From Antedon mediterranea (Eukaryota > Animalia > Echinodermata), in NCBI RefSeq assembly GCF_964355755.1, contig NC_092671.1, forward strand, positions 2,914,001 to 2,978,000: DNA of 64,000 nt, written 5' to 3'. Shown piece by piece: positions 12,141 to 23,232 of the stretch (positions are counted from its first letter, which is position 1; each line of letters begins with the position of its first letter). Both the position numbers and the translations under genes were made by a program. The notes under the pieces were generated by a model. That model worked only from the letters and a program-made list of their open reading frames with translations. It had not been told where the DNA came from and did no database searches.

Positions 12141-12920
12141 GTGCAGTCAACAAGTTGTCAGTGTCTTCAAACACACAAGGACAACCCATCTAAACACAGG
12201 CAACCTGTTGTATACTGTATCCCATGTGAATGTGGAAAGGTATACATTGGGGAAACTGGACGCGACCTTCAAACCAGGCTCAAAAAACATCAAGGCCATG
12301 CCAGAAGAGGAGAGCAAGACAAATCATCAATAGTTATGCATTCTCACAAAAACAACACCGAGTTAAAGAAAGATGCAGAACTAATTGATACCGTTCTTTC
12401 TTGGCATTCCAGACGAACCAGGGAAGCTATTGAAATCTACAAACACAACACTGTTCATCAAAATATTGGATTTGTTATCAGTGACATTTGGTTATCTTTA
12501 TTCAACAAGAATCTTCATCGACAGTAAACCATGTCATAGTTTCTGGCCAGTTTACATTTCACAATCCTCTCTAGACACATGGTCTTTGTTTGGCCAGTCT
12601 ACATCCAGCTTCGAGACGATGCTATTGTTTTTAGCTTGTCTCACTTTGCTTTTCACACCTATCAGAAACAATGCTCTTCAATCTAGTTTCCATTCACTAT
12701 TGTTCATGAGAAACAATGCTCTTCTATAGCTAGGTTTAATCCCTCCCACTTTGTGAACTTGCTATTGTTTCTGGCTTTCAGGCCAGTCCCACCCTATTCA
12801 CTTATATTCCAAGTTTCATGGACTTTCTGCATTCCCACTCATGAGGACGATCAAAGCATTGATCGAAACGTCAAGAAACTCAACTCACTATACACGTGGT
12901 GTACCGCAAACTTTATCTTA
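12141..12920 (+). mobile_element. Penelope-like element 3' fragment (GIY-YIG plus 3' region)
   Basis: ORF VVYCIPCECGKVYIGETGRDLQTRLKKH...RTREAIEI. Degenerate minimal-hammerhead-like motif TGAGGA-CGATCAA/TTGATCG-AAACGTC at 12840-12875. Confidence 0.85.
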
Positions 12921-13478
12921 TAGGTTACTAGGGCTGAAAAATGGGTATTTGTAAATTCGGACCGGGCATACGCCCACCTCAAATTACGTCAAGGAAGAGA
13001 GTCTAAATGGGAATTTGTAAACTCGAACTGAGCATGCGCACAGAGAGTCTAGGAGATGTGCGCAGAGTCGGTATCAATAAACAATGACTTTGTTTTGGCT
13101 GTCAACGTAGGCCAAGTATAATACCCCTTTCACACCAAAACTCCGCTGTGAACTCCGGAGACACCCCGAGGTTTGTTATCAATCAATAGGTCTAGAATAG
13201 AGAGACCCTCATTCACAGCAACATAGCAAAATCGGGGTTTTTTAAATAAAAATCGGAAATACAGCCCTCTATTTTGTTTATTTACATAGCTAGCGACGAT
13301 CATTAGAATAATTTTAATTGAAAATATTTTTAATTGAATAATTATTTTCAAAAGTCTCTGAAGTCATATAATTTTGTATATATCTTTTTTAGAACCGCTA
13401 TATATTTTTTACATTTTTGAAATGTTTGAGAAAAACTGAATCCAATCAATACACATCCTAAAAACATTATTTAATACC

Positions 13479-14111
13479 TGTAGAAATGTATGTACTGTTT
13501 TATCTGGTTCGGTAGTAAGTGGGTAGAATGACAGACAGAATGAAACAAAGTAGTCGGCGTGTAAAACTCAAGGTAACTTTTAATAGGTAATCCTCCACAG
13601 TATAGGTGATGAGGTTGCAAATTGACAAGGTGTCAATGTGGCTATTTGGCAATGTGGGTGTGTGCGTGTGCGTGTGTTCATTCATCACTACAAATACAAA
13701 ATAAATGGAAACGGATAAGTTACAATAGTACCGGCAATATTAGCATACGGGTCACGTGACCCAAACTGTCCGAGCGAGAGAGGCTCTCGCAGAGTACAAA
13801 ACAATGAAAACAACTTGCGTCGGCCTAGAGAAGACGTCACCTAAACTGACTAAAATATAACTTTTAAAATCTTTTTATCAACAATTACAGCCTATTACCA
13901 GGATTCCTGGTTTATATAAAAACAAGTAATAAGGTTAATAATATTTCAGAACTCACCAAAACACTATAATTTACATAATAATATGGTGATTGGAACGCTT
14001 CAGGCATGTTTATATGACATTAACTGCGAACGGGTGCGCGCACACCAACGTCCGATATTCGAAGCATATTATAATATGCGCCCTCAACGGATGACATAAA
14101 TCTTTACAACA
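13479..14111 (-). repeat. 3' LTR
   Basis: 633-bp direct repeat of 19563-20195, preceded on the minus strand by the PPT AGGGGCGGC (14112-14120). Confidence 0.95.
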
Positions 14112-14212
14112 GCCGCCCCTAAATTTAGGCACTAAATTTAAAGTAAACTATCATATAAAGACATGTAAATACAAGGTATCTAATAAAAAAAAAAAAAAAA
14201 AAACTTGAACGG

Positions 14213-17200
14213 TTACTGAAGCTCTGGGAGTTTGATCAGTTTTACAACAGGGCGTACATATGTCTTGCCCTTAACGAGTACTTCGGCCGAGCGCACTCTG
14301 CCATCCTCTCCGGGGAAAACTTTGGTTATACGTCCTATTATCCATTGGCCTCGGGGAAGTAGGTTGTCCATGATAAGGACGACCGTGTCTTCCTGCAAGT
14401 TCTCCGACTCCCTCCACCACTTCTGCCTGACCTGCAGGTTCGGCAAGTGGTGCCTGATAAAGTGTCTCCAGAAATGGTTAATCAGCACCTGGCTATGTCT
14501 CCATCTTTTCTTCGTCAAAAGATCATGTTCGGTGTATATCACCTGTGGCATAACTGGATCTAGCCGTCCCATCAGAAGGATGTTGGGTGTAACCGCGTTG
14601 ACATCCTTAGAGTCATTTGATACGTAACCCAGTGGTTTTGAGTTTAGTATACCTTCAACTTCTATAAGCAGGGTCATAAGAACTGGTTCTGTAACTAGCT
14701 GGTTGCCTATTGCTACTCTGAGAGCTGTCTTCGCACTCCTAACCGCTCTCTCCCATATTCCTCCGAAGTGAGGAGCGTTAGGAGGATTGTAGATGAATTC
14801 TACTTGAAACGGTCGTAGTTTGTCTCGAAGATCAGCTGTCATCAGGTCGAAGGCTGACTTGAGTTCTTTGTCTCCCCCTTTGAAGTTAGTTCCACAATCA
14901 CTGAAAATCTTAGCTGGTTGGCCCTTTCGCGCAACAAATCTGCGAAACGACAACAGGAATGCTTCCGTATTCATGCTCTCCAAAAGCTCTAAATGGATGG
15001 CGCCAACTGTCATACACTTGTAGACTATTCCCCATCTCTTTTCTGTTCTCCGTCCAACTTTCACAGACATGGGTCCGAAGCAGTCGATCCCGGTGCAGTG
15101 GAAAACAGGTTTGAATATTTGTAATCTTGCGGCCGGCAGGTCTCTCATCCGAGGAATGGTAGGATTTGCTCGCCACCTCTGACATTCTTGACAAAGTCGT
15201 TGTTGTCCTTTAACAGCTTCTCTGCCTCTGAGAATCCAGTATCTCCTTCTCAGGTCTGCTAGAACACGTTCTGGTCCAGGATGTAGCAACTTAGCGTCGG
15301 TATGTCGGATTATGAGTTTTGTGATGTAGTGCTTTGAATCAAGAATGATTGGGTGCTTCAATTGCTCTTGTATAGCATTTGCTTCACTCAATCGTCCACC
15401 TACTCTTATAAGACCAGCGTCATTGTCCCATTCTGGACTTAATTGCTTCAGTCTACTACCTGTAGGTAGTGAGGTTCCAGTTTTCAGTGCTGTAACGTCT
15501 TCTGGGAAACAGCATCGTTGTACCATTCTCCAGGCTTCATTCTCAATTTGTTGAGGGGCCGCCCCATCAAACTTCCGGCCGAGCTGGAGCAACAGTGCAT
15601 CAAAGTCCTTTAGGTGGCTGATCTCATCTGTAGCATCAACATTGACTAGCCCACAGAAAACACTTTTCTTGACTTCTGTGTCACCAGGTTGATCTTGGAG
15701 TTTGGGCATCACTGGCCAGTGGTCTGTAGCCTGAGCTAGAAAGGACGGTCCATATTTCCACCTGTGGTCGCTTGCGACTTCCTCTAAGGACATACCTCTT
15801 GTGATATCATCTGCTACATTCTGCTTTGTGGGCACATAGTGCCAGGTCATGTCTTTGGTTAAGTGGTTTATTTCTGTTACTCGAGTTCCGACGAAGACCT
15901 TGAATCTACAGGTTTCTGAAGTGAGCCACGTCAGTACCGTTGTGGAATCGCTCCACAGGTGCTTTGTACTAATAGGAATCTTCAAGGTTTGCTCCATGAA
16001 GTCCATCAGTCTTGCACCAACCAGTGCGGCGCAGAGTTCCAATCTTGGCATGCTTAACTGTTTCTTAGGAGCGACCTTGGATTTGGCTATAACGAATGCG
16101 GTTTCCACTTTCCCATCTCGCTCTCCGCGGATGTAGCTGACTGCACCATAAGCTCTTTCGGAAGAATCGCAGAAGACATGTAACTGGTGAGTGGCATCCT
16201 TAAGTGTGAGATATCGTCTCGAGATGTTGACCTGATCGATGTACTTAAGTTCGTCTTCCCATTGGACCCAGGAGGCTCGAATCTCGGAGTTAGTTATTTC
16301 TCTGTCCCAATCGATGTTATCCATATTCCACAAGTCTTGGACTATAAGCTTGCCCCTAATAAGGAATGGAACCAAGAAGCCAATGGGGTCGTATTGTCTT
16401 GCCAGTGTCCGGTAAATATATCGCATTGTTACAACATCTTGATGATCGTGATTCTGGCGGTATGTAAGTGAGTCAGATCCAGTATCCCAGCGCATACCCA
16501 ACATAGGTTCTGCTTCATTAGTGTCTTGTTGGAACTCTAATATAGTGCAGGATGAGAGTGCTTCTTCAGGCAATCCCTTCAAAACCTCCGGTTTATTGCT
16601 AGCCCACTGTCTGACGTTGAAGCCAGCCATGCTCAGTACAGTCCTGATGTCATGCACAAGGATTTCAGCTTCTTCTGTATATTTCGTGCTATCCAAACAG
16701 TTGTCTACATAAAAGGCCTCCATGACGGATCTTTTAACTTCTGGATATTGTTCACCATGCTCTACAGCTAGTTTCTGGAGTGGATAAGTAGCGCAGCACG
16801 GGCTACAGGTAGATCCAAATAACAGAGATAACCATTGGTAGATGGTAGGTTGTTTAGTTTCATCACAATCCCTCCAGATGAAGCGGAACAGGGATTGGTC
16901 TTCTGGTTTTAGTCGTACCTGGTGGAACATGGCTTTAATGTCGCCAGATATCGCTACTTCATGTTGGCGAAACCTCAGGATTACTCCGATGAGAGATGAA
17001 CCCAAATTAGGTCCGGCTAGCAGATGCTTATTCAAGTTCAGACCCTGGAATTCGTGGGAGCAATTGAACACTAATCTATGTTTACCTTTCTGTTCGATAA
17101 CATAGTGAGAGACGAACCAAGATTCCTCAGACTTCTCGGCTTCTTCGGCTGTAATAATCTTCACTAGTTTATCGTCGACTAGCTTCTGGATTAATTGGTT

Positions 17201-19540
17201 GTGTTTCTCACGTCTTTCAGGCTTCTGGTTGTAGCACCTCTCCGTTCTCCTCATGTGTGGAATCACCGACTCAACACCAGCTCGGAATCGTGTACCGCTG
17301 TTATCACGCAACAGGGGAACCTCATAACGGTTCACTCCATCTACTTGAATCAGGTGTGTGGAATGTTCAAGATTGTTCACTGCCATTTGGTCGACTCGAG
17401 AACGAGTTGCTGCCTTACTAGGAGGAAGTTCTTCCACCTGCCAAAGCCTTCTAACATCAGACTTCAGTTGTGATGACTCGCATAGGGTGAAGGTTGTTAC
17501 AGTGACCGGTGGCTTGGTCAAAGGCATAGGAACTGGGCCATGCAATGTCCATCCAAACACTGTATGCACTGCTGCTGGAGAGTTAATGCCTAGCTGTATC
17601 ATCGGGCTTCTATGCGTAAGCAAATGTACGTTGTCAGCTCCGATCATGACTAAAGGAAGTGCGTCAGTTATTTCTGGTAAAGGGACATCTTTCAGGTAAT
17701 TGTAGTTCTCTTTGATCTCTCTTGTTGGGTACGAGTAGGTCCCCAGTGTTAACAAGGCCGAAGAAAACGCATCGTCAAGGTTATATCTGTTGTGAGTCTC
17801 GCCTCTTGCCGATATTTGTACGTTTACACTCCGTCCAGGAACAGTGGTTGTTCCGTGTTCCACAGTTTTCAGAACAATGCTGTCTTCATGGCCCTGTATG
17901 TGTAGTTTATTCATTCCATCAGTGAGCAGCATGGTTCTCATCGACCCATCATCTAAAACAGCGTAGGTATCAACTTGGCTGGTAGGACTGTATAATGTTA
18001 CCGGGACGATTTTCAGGAATACGTCTCTGGGCTTGTACTGTTGACACAGACTGTAGAGTTGGTTGGTTGCCGCTGCTGGATTGGAAGGAGTGGACTGTTG
18101 AGATGCCGGTGACAGGGTGTCGTGCAAAACTGTAAGATGCAGTTCAGAGCACATCTTACAACCCTTCCGAAGAGTACATTCGGTGGTAACATGTTTTCTA
18201 GCGCAATGTTTACAGCGATTGTTATTAGTGATCCAATCCTTCATCTGGGATTTGCTTAGTTCTCTAAAGCTTTTGCAGCCCCCAAGGAAATGCTCGTTTC
18301 CGTTACAGTAAGGACAGAACATCCGAGGTAGTTTCTTGCTGTCTTTCGTATCTGTAAGGGTCATAGTTGTTGGTGGTCGGTGATTTCTTTGGTGATCCCT
18401 TTGGTTAGGTTTATCCTTTTCTGGCTTCTTAGCGGTTAGCACCCTTCCAAATACTGGATCTTCCTCTTTGTCCCTAGCTTTCTGAACAAATTCAAGTAAA
18501 TGCTTGAGTGTAGCGGTGGTATGGTTCTCTTTCAACTTGAAATTGACGTCTTTCCACTTGTTTCGGAGGAATGTCGGTAAAATCTGCACAACTTTGGATA
18601 ATCCCTCCATGGTATCCAGTTCCGAGAGTTTCCCCAAAGCTTCTAGGGTTCCGTAGCAGTTTCCTAGGTCATCTGCAAAATCTCCGAGTGTATCGAGGGT
18701 AACTATCTCTCGCTTCAGTATTTTATCAGTCCAGGCCTTGGTTATTATGTTGGGGTCCCCAAACTTCTCTTTTAGCTTTTTAATGGCTGCTATGTAGCCT
18801 TCTTCGGCTGGTTTAAGGACACAATACTGTATTGAAGAATATGCAGCACCCTCACATAATGAGAGTAGATGTTGTAACTTGACACCATCATCTGGGACTT
18901 GAGAAACGGTGCTTTTGTATGCTGTAATGAATGCATGGTACCGTAGCGGGTCTCCTCTGAATTTTTTCGGTTGGCTGCGGGGTAGAGCAATTGCCCGCAA
19001 CAAGCCTTCCCAGTTGAAGGCGTTTGTGTCCAATGAACTACTGCTGGCTGTGGATAAATTAGGGTTAATGACATTATTATCGTTAACATTATCAACATCA
19101 ATAGCGGGATCACTTAAATTAACATCACTAACATTATCATCATGGATATCATTTTGATTACTTGAAATTTCATCATTAATAACATTACTATTATTTACAT
19201 TACTGTCATTTACTAAAACAACAGTCTCATTTAGTTTCTTTTCTAAAGATCTAATACTGTTTCTTGTCTGATCCTTTTCAATCAAGAACTGGTCCTGGCA
19301 ATCCTGCATCCATTTCTCTTCTGTGTTGTAGTCTTCCTCGCCCTCCACATGTTCGACTAATTCGTTATGCTTTAGTTCTACTACGGCGAAGAGGTCCTCT
19401 AATAAATCTGCCTTCCTTTTAATCTCTTCCAAATCTGGGTTCTCCAATGCAAGCATCCTCCTCAGTGCGTTGCCTTGTCTGGTTAAATTTCCTTTAGCAT
19501 TACGTCTGTTGATTTTCAGTTGTTTCAATTCCTCCGCCAT
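14213..19540 (-). CDS. BEL/Pao Gag-Pol polyprotein (Gag, three Zn knuckles, protease, RT, RNase H, integrase)
   Basis: CPYC-H-C, CKHC-H-C and CKMC-H-H knuckles; VLDDGS protease; GDIKAMFHQ...FYVDN RT; FCDSS...LELCAA...WSDS...VADD RNase H; DCFGP...SDCGTNF...WER integrase. Confidence 0.97.
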   Translation of the reverse strand: MAEELKQLKINRRNAKGNLTRQGNALRRMLALENPDLEEIKRKADLLEDLFAVVELKHNELVEHVEGEEDYNTEEKWMQDCQDQFLIEKDQTRNSIRSLEKKLNETVVLVNDSNVNNSNVINDEISSNQNDIHDDNVSDVNLSDPAIDVDNVNDNNVINPNLSTASSSSLDTNAFNWEGLLRAIALPRSQPKKFRGDPLRYHAFITAYKSTVSQVPDDGVKLQHLLSLCEGAAYSSIQYCVLKPAEEGYIAAIKKLKEKFGDPNIITKAWTDKILKREIVTLDTLGDFADDLGNCYGTLEALGKLSELDTMEGLSKVVQILPTFLRNKWKDVNFKLKENHTTATLKHLLEFVQKARDKEEDPVFGRVLTAKKPEKDKPNQRDHQRNHRPPTTMTLTDTKDSKKLPRMFCPYCNGNEHFLGGCKSFRELSKSQMKDWITNNNRCKHCARKHVTTECTLRKGCKMCSELHLTVLHDTLSPASQQSTPSNPAAATNQLYSLCQQYKPRDVFLKIVPVTLYSPTSQVDTYAVLDDGSMRTMLLTDGMNKLHIQGHEDSIVLKTVEHGTTTVPGRSVNVQISARGETHNRYNLDDAFSSALLTLGTYSYPTREIKENYNYLKDVPLPEITDALPLVMIGADNVHLLTHRSPMIQLGINSPAAVHTVFGWTLHGPVPMPLTKPPVTVTTFTLCESSQLKSDVRRLWQVEELPPSKAATRSRVDQMAVNNLEHSTHLIQVDGVNRYEVPLLRDNSGTRFRAGVESVIPHMRRTERCYNQKPERREKHNQLIQKLVDDKLVKIITAEEAEKSEESWFVSHYVIEQKGKHRLVFNCSHEFQGLNLNKHLLAGPNLGSSLIGVILRFRQHEVAISGDIKAMFHQVRLKPEDQSLFRFIWRDCDETKQPTIYQWLSLLFGSTCSPCCATYPLQKLAVEHGEQYPEVKRSVMEAFYVDNCLDSTKYTEEAEILVHDIRTVLSMAGFNVRQWASNKPEVLKGLPEEALSSCTILEFQQDTNEAEPMLGMRWDTGSDSLTYRQNHDHQDVVTMRYIYRTLARQYDPIGFLVPFLIRGKLIVQDLWNMDNIDWDREITNSEIRASWVQWEDELKYIDQVNISRRYLTLKDATHQLHVFCDSSERAYGAVSYIRGERDGKVETAFVIAKSKVAPKKQLSMPRLELCAALVGARLMDFMEQTLKIPISTKHLWSDSTTVLTWLTSETCRFKVFVGTRVTEINHLTKDMTWHYVPTKQNVADDITRGMSLEEVASDHRWKYGPSFLAQATDHWPVMPKLQDQPGDTEVKKSVFCGLVNVDATDEISHLKDFDALLLQLGRKFDGAAPQQIENEAWRMVQRCCFPEDVTALKTGTSLPTGSRLKQLSPEWDNDAGLIRVGGRLSEANAIQEQLKHPIILDSKHYITKLIIRHTDAKLLHPGPERVLADLRRRYWILRGREAVKGQQRLCQECQRWRANPTIPRMRDLPAARLQIFKPVFHCTGIDCFGPMSVKVGRRTEKRWGIVYKCMTVGAIHLELLESMNTEAFLLSFRRFVARKGQPAKIFSDCGTNFKGGDKELKSAFDLMTADLRDKLRPFQVEFIYNPPNAPHFGGIWERAVRSAKTALRVAIGNQLVTEPVLMTLLIEVEGILNSKPLGYVSNDSKDVNAVTPNILLMGRLDPVMPQVIYTEHDLLTKKRWRHSQVLINHFWRHFIRHHLPNLQVRQKWWRESENLQEDTVVLIMDNLLPRGQWIIGRITKVFPGEDGRVRSAEVLVKGKTYVRPVVKLIKLPELQ

Positions 19541-19544
19541 TTTT

Positions 19545-19562
19545 ATCCGGCTCGAGGGACCA
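19545..19562 (-). promoter_or_regulatory. Primer-binding site (tRNA-Tyr type)
   Basis: TGGTCCCTCGAGCCGGAT directly after the 5' LTR. Near-complementary to the eukaryotic tRNA-Tyr 3' end (...CCGGCTCGAAGGACCA). Confidence 0.85.
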
Positions 19563-20195
19563 TGTAGAAATGTATGTACTGTTTTATCTGGTTCGGTAGT
19601 AAGTGGGTAGAATGACAGACAGAATGAAACAAAGTAGTCGGCGTGTAAAACTCAAGGTAACTTTTAATAGGTAATCCTCCACAGTATAGGTGATGAGGTT
19701 GCAAATTGACAAGGTGTCAATGTGGCTATTTGTCAATGTGGGTGTGTGCGTGTGCGTGTGTTCATTCATCACTACAAATACAAAATAAATGGAAACGGAT
19801 AAGTTACAATAGTACCGGCAATATTAGCATACGGGTCACGTGACCCAAACTGTCCGAGCGAGAGAGGCTCTCGCAGAGTACAAAACAATGAAAACAACTT
19901 GCGTCGGCCTAGAGAAGACGTCACCTAAACTGACTAAAATATAACTTTTAAAATCTTTTTATCAACAATTACAGCCTATTACCAGGATTCCTGGTTTATA
20001 TAAAAACAAGTAATAAGGTTAATAATATTTCAGAACTCACCAAAACACTATAATTTACATAATAATATGGTGATTGGAACGCTTCAGGCATGTTTATATG
20101 ACATTAACTGCGAACGGGTGCGCGCACACCAACGTCCGATATTCGAAGCATATTATAATATGCGCCCTCAACGGATTACATAAATCTTTACAACA
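19563..20195 (-). repeat. 5' LTR
   Basis: 633 bp. Differs from the 3' LTR at two positions that I could see. Confidence 0.95.
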
Positions 20196-20696
20196 ATACC
20201 CGATATACTTGATAAGCATTTAAGACTATTTTTACGTTACACAAAATGTTTACTATTGATGGTTAAACAAAAATAATTGATAATAAATCATTATTTCTTA
20301 AATTAATAAATAGACTATCGATAAAAAGCATCATTTAATGAAGAAAGAATAATAATTAAAACTGTTACGTCAAAAAGTCGAGCGGCATTTTTTTGTAAGA
20401 TATATTTCTTATTTTATACACGATTATTGAATTAATGCATTGAAGCAGAACGAGCGTCGTGAAAGTACTTTCTTTTTTTCTACTGTTAAAAGATATGAAA
20501 TTCACCAAAATTGATAGATGTAAATTTGAGCCATTTTTTAAAAGAATATAAATAAAATCAAACATTTAACAAAATAGATTAACGACTCTAAGACATTCCA
20601 AATTCGGAAAATATATTATAACATTACAAAATTATTATTATTTATATTAAAACAATATACATTTTAAACCTTTTATGTAAAAATAAATGTATTTAC

Positions 20697-20786
20697 CTTC
20701 AATAATCGAGCACTCATCTCGACATTGGCTATACTTCTTGCCGCCGGTATTGATGCAATTTGATAAACAGCATCTTGTTGATACAT
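20697..20786 (-). CDS. Paralogous Cys-peptide exon (orphan, alternative exon or part of a second gene)
   Basis: 90 bp, TTTTCAG acceptor and GTAAAT donor, phase 1-1. Encodes (D)VSTRCCLSNCINTGGKKYSQCRDECSIIE, homologous to exon 41596-41682. Confidence 0.65.
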
Positions 20787-23232
20787 CTGAAAAGAACATT
20801 ATTGAATGGTTAATACATAAAGCACTCTTACATTTATACACATTTATTAGGTTTTTTGATTCATGAAAAGTTTATATTAAAGTGGTTGTCTCATCAAGGA
20901 TCCATGGAGATCTTGTTTACTCTACAGCTCATACAGATGGCGCCCAGAGGATTTATTCATACTAGAGGGTGAGCTCGCTTCGCTCGCTCCCCCTCTAGGA
21001 AGTGTAGACGATGGTTCTGATAATGACTCGGGTAAAAGGTTTTAGAAGGACGTTTTGATTTCGAAGATTTCTGTCAGTTACCATTATTGAATTTAAATGC
21101 TTGATATTCGTAAAACTAAACCTACTCTGTTCCATAGTGTCTTAGGTAACATTTATAATCAAATAAAATACTCTAATAGATATGAAAAGTGGTAAAAAAG
21201 AATAACAAATGCTTGGTAAATTGTAGATAACATTAACAGTCCGATGAATTCTACTACAAATAGTATAATACAAATACGATTATTTTTCTAAGTGATGTTT
21301 TATTGGGAAGGTGTTCGGCATTTATTCAAATAAATACCATCCTAATTGGTATAATTAATAATACAATATTTAGTTTAAACATCTTTTGAAACTAACTTCC
21401 GCGACCGAGTGGGCCGTTTCGGCCGAAGAAGGAAGACGTTTTAGACGGCTTGCAACATGGGCAGGCCGTCGGGACACAGATAGCCCACAACACAGTTATT
21501 CCTGCCAGCTTACTCAATAACTCGGATATCGGGGTTTCACTCGATTTCAAAAAAGGGTCTTATCATCAGTTCTCCCTAATTTTATATACTATTCCCCACA
21601 ATTCTCTTCCGATGCTTTATGGCGTATATATAATTTGATCTTGATTAATTTGCAGTATAATTTTTATTTTGTCACTGCACCTTCACACGGTCCGAAAATA
21701 AACAAAAAGCTAAAATGGCTATCGCCACCAACGGCCAACTTAGTTGAAACCAGGAAGTTGCAAGGTGAACCCGTGGACTCACAGTGAACCCGGAAATTAC
21801 TTTTACCGCGCACAGTTAAAAATCTACTGAAAAGCCTTTATAATACCTTCCTAAGAAATATAGAACAATATCGTAATAGTGAAAACTAATGCTATCAAAT
21901 TTACGTTTCGTGGTACATCTGAGATAGATCAGGTAGGTATCCAAGGCGGAGATTTGTCCCGAAGTTTTTCAATTGTGCTCGCGTATGTCAGAATTAACCA
22001 TAATTTATATATAGTCACAAAAGATGGGCTGATTGTTTAGTTATATTGCCAAGATTCAATAATCAATATTGCTGCCGGGTCGTATCTTGTAAATTTACAT
22101 GAAATCCTAATTTCAAATGGGATGGGTAAAAAATGGAAATAATCATGCGGAAGGAACACGGCTTACGGTGATGGTGTTAACCTATTGTGATTTTTATACT
22201 ATTCAGTTTATACTGTTTTTAACCAAATAAACCAGAAATGAATAAAATTAATGAACGGATAACAGTTATTGGACGTCGTTCCCATATATGTATATAATGT
22301 TAAAATATCAATGACAGCAACTTTATCCTGTGAGTTTTGCCAGAAGGTAGCCCAAACATTTCCGTCGGGCCCTCTGATTTAATCACACGAAGAGTCACTA
22401 TTCATTCATTAATTTATTTGGTCATTTGTAACTATTATATTACTTGTAACTATTATACCCTTTTGGATATACGAAAATAACATTGACAGCAATTTTATCA
22501 TGTAAATTGCTCCAGACAATTATAGCCCAAAAGACTCGTATACATGAAATACTTTATTTATTAACTTTACTTACTTCTAGGCCTATGTTTGCAAACATTT
22601 CTACATCTATCCTGTGTCAATGTTTTACACGTCTCCATATAATTGTTGTACCCGTCTTGATGTGACACATCCACTTCTGTGTATTAAAGCAATTGTATTA
22701 CAATTGTTAATAACTAGCAAATACACGGTTTTAAATTCCATTGGGCACAACGTTTGAGAACAGTGCATTATTTTATGTGGTTGGCCGTAGAGTAGTGTTT
22801 TCGCTTGTTTTGTTTTGTTTTGTGTCAGTGTCCACTATTGACGCAAGTTGACACATCTCACAATACAACTATTAAGTTACATTACGCGTGCCGCTGTTCC
22901 GCAGTCGTTAAAAATGCCACACATCACCCAGGCATAATATCACGCCTAAAGTATTCGATATAAATTATATTATATCCATTGTAAAGAGTTTCATTGCAAC
23001 GGATATAATATAATATATCGAAGACTTAAGAAAGTTAAGGCGTGCCATATATGCGGTATTCGTAAACATGTTTCTGCCGAATACATGCGTGATACATGAC
23101 TATATCAATGTTGTAATAATTATGTTGTTGGCCATTATATATTGTTATAGGCCTAACATTTCTATTTCTGGTCACTTCATCTAATGTTATGAATGAAAAT
23201 GCAGATATCTGTATTGTATTGAAAAATATTAA

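Larger units (their letters stand above)
13479..20195 (-). mobile_element. Full-length BEL/Pao LTR retrotransposon
   Basis: Two 633-bp TG...CA LTRs, 5-bp TSD ATACC (13474-13478 and 20196-20200), PBS, PPT and a single intact gag-pol ORF. Confidence 0.97.

Noticed and set aside
13500-13688. 62-aa ORF present twice (also 19584-19772)
   Set aside because: It lies within the LTRs, so the duplication is simply LTR identity. No coding signature.
14232-19157. Many plus-strand ORFs over the BEL polyprotein
   Set aside because: Antisense shadows of the long ORF with no recognisable domains.
20962-20998. GC-rich hairpin CTAGAGGG..GAGC...GCTC.CCCTCTAG as a Helitron end that captured the Cys exon
   Set aside because: No matching other terminus or second copy is visible in the window.
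22575-22611. Possible minus-strand micro-exon (DRCRNVCKHRPR) upstream of the paralogous Cys exon
   Set aside because: Weak acceptor, no counterpart in the intact gene and no signal exon found upstream. Cannot be supported without transcripts.
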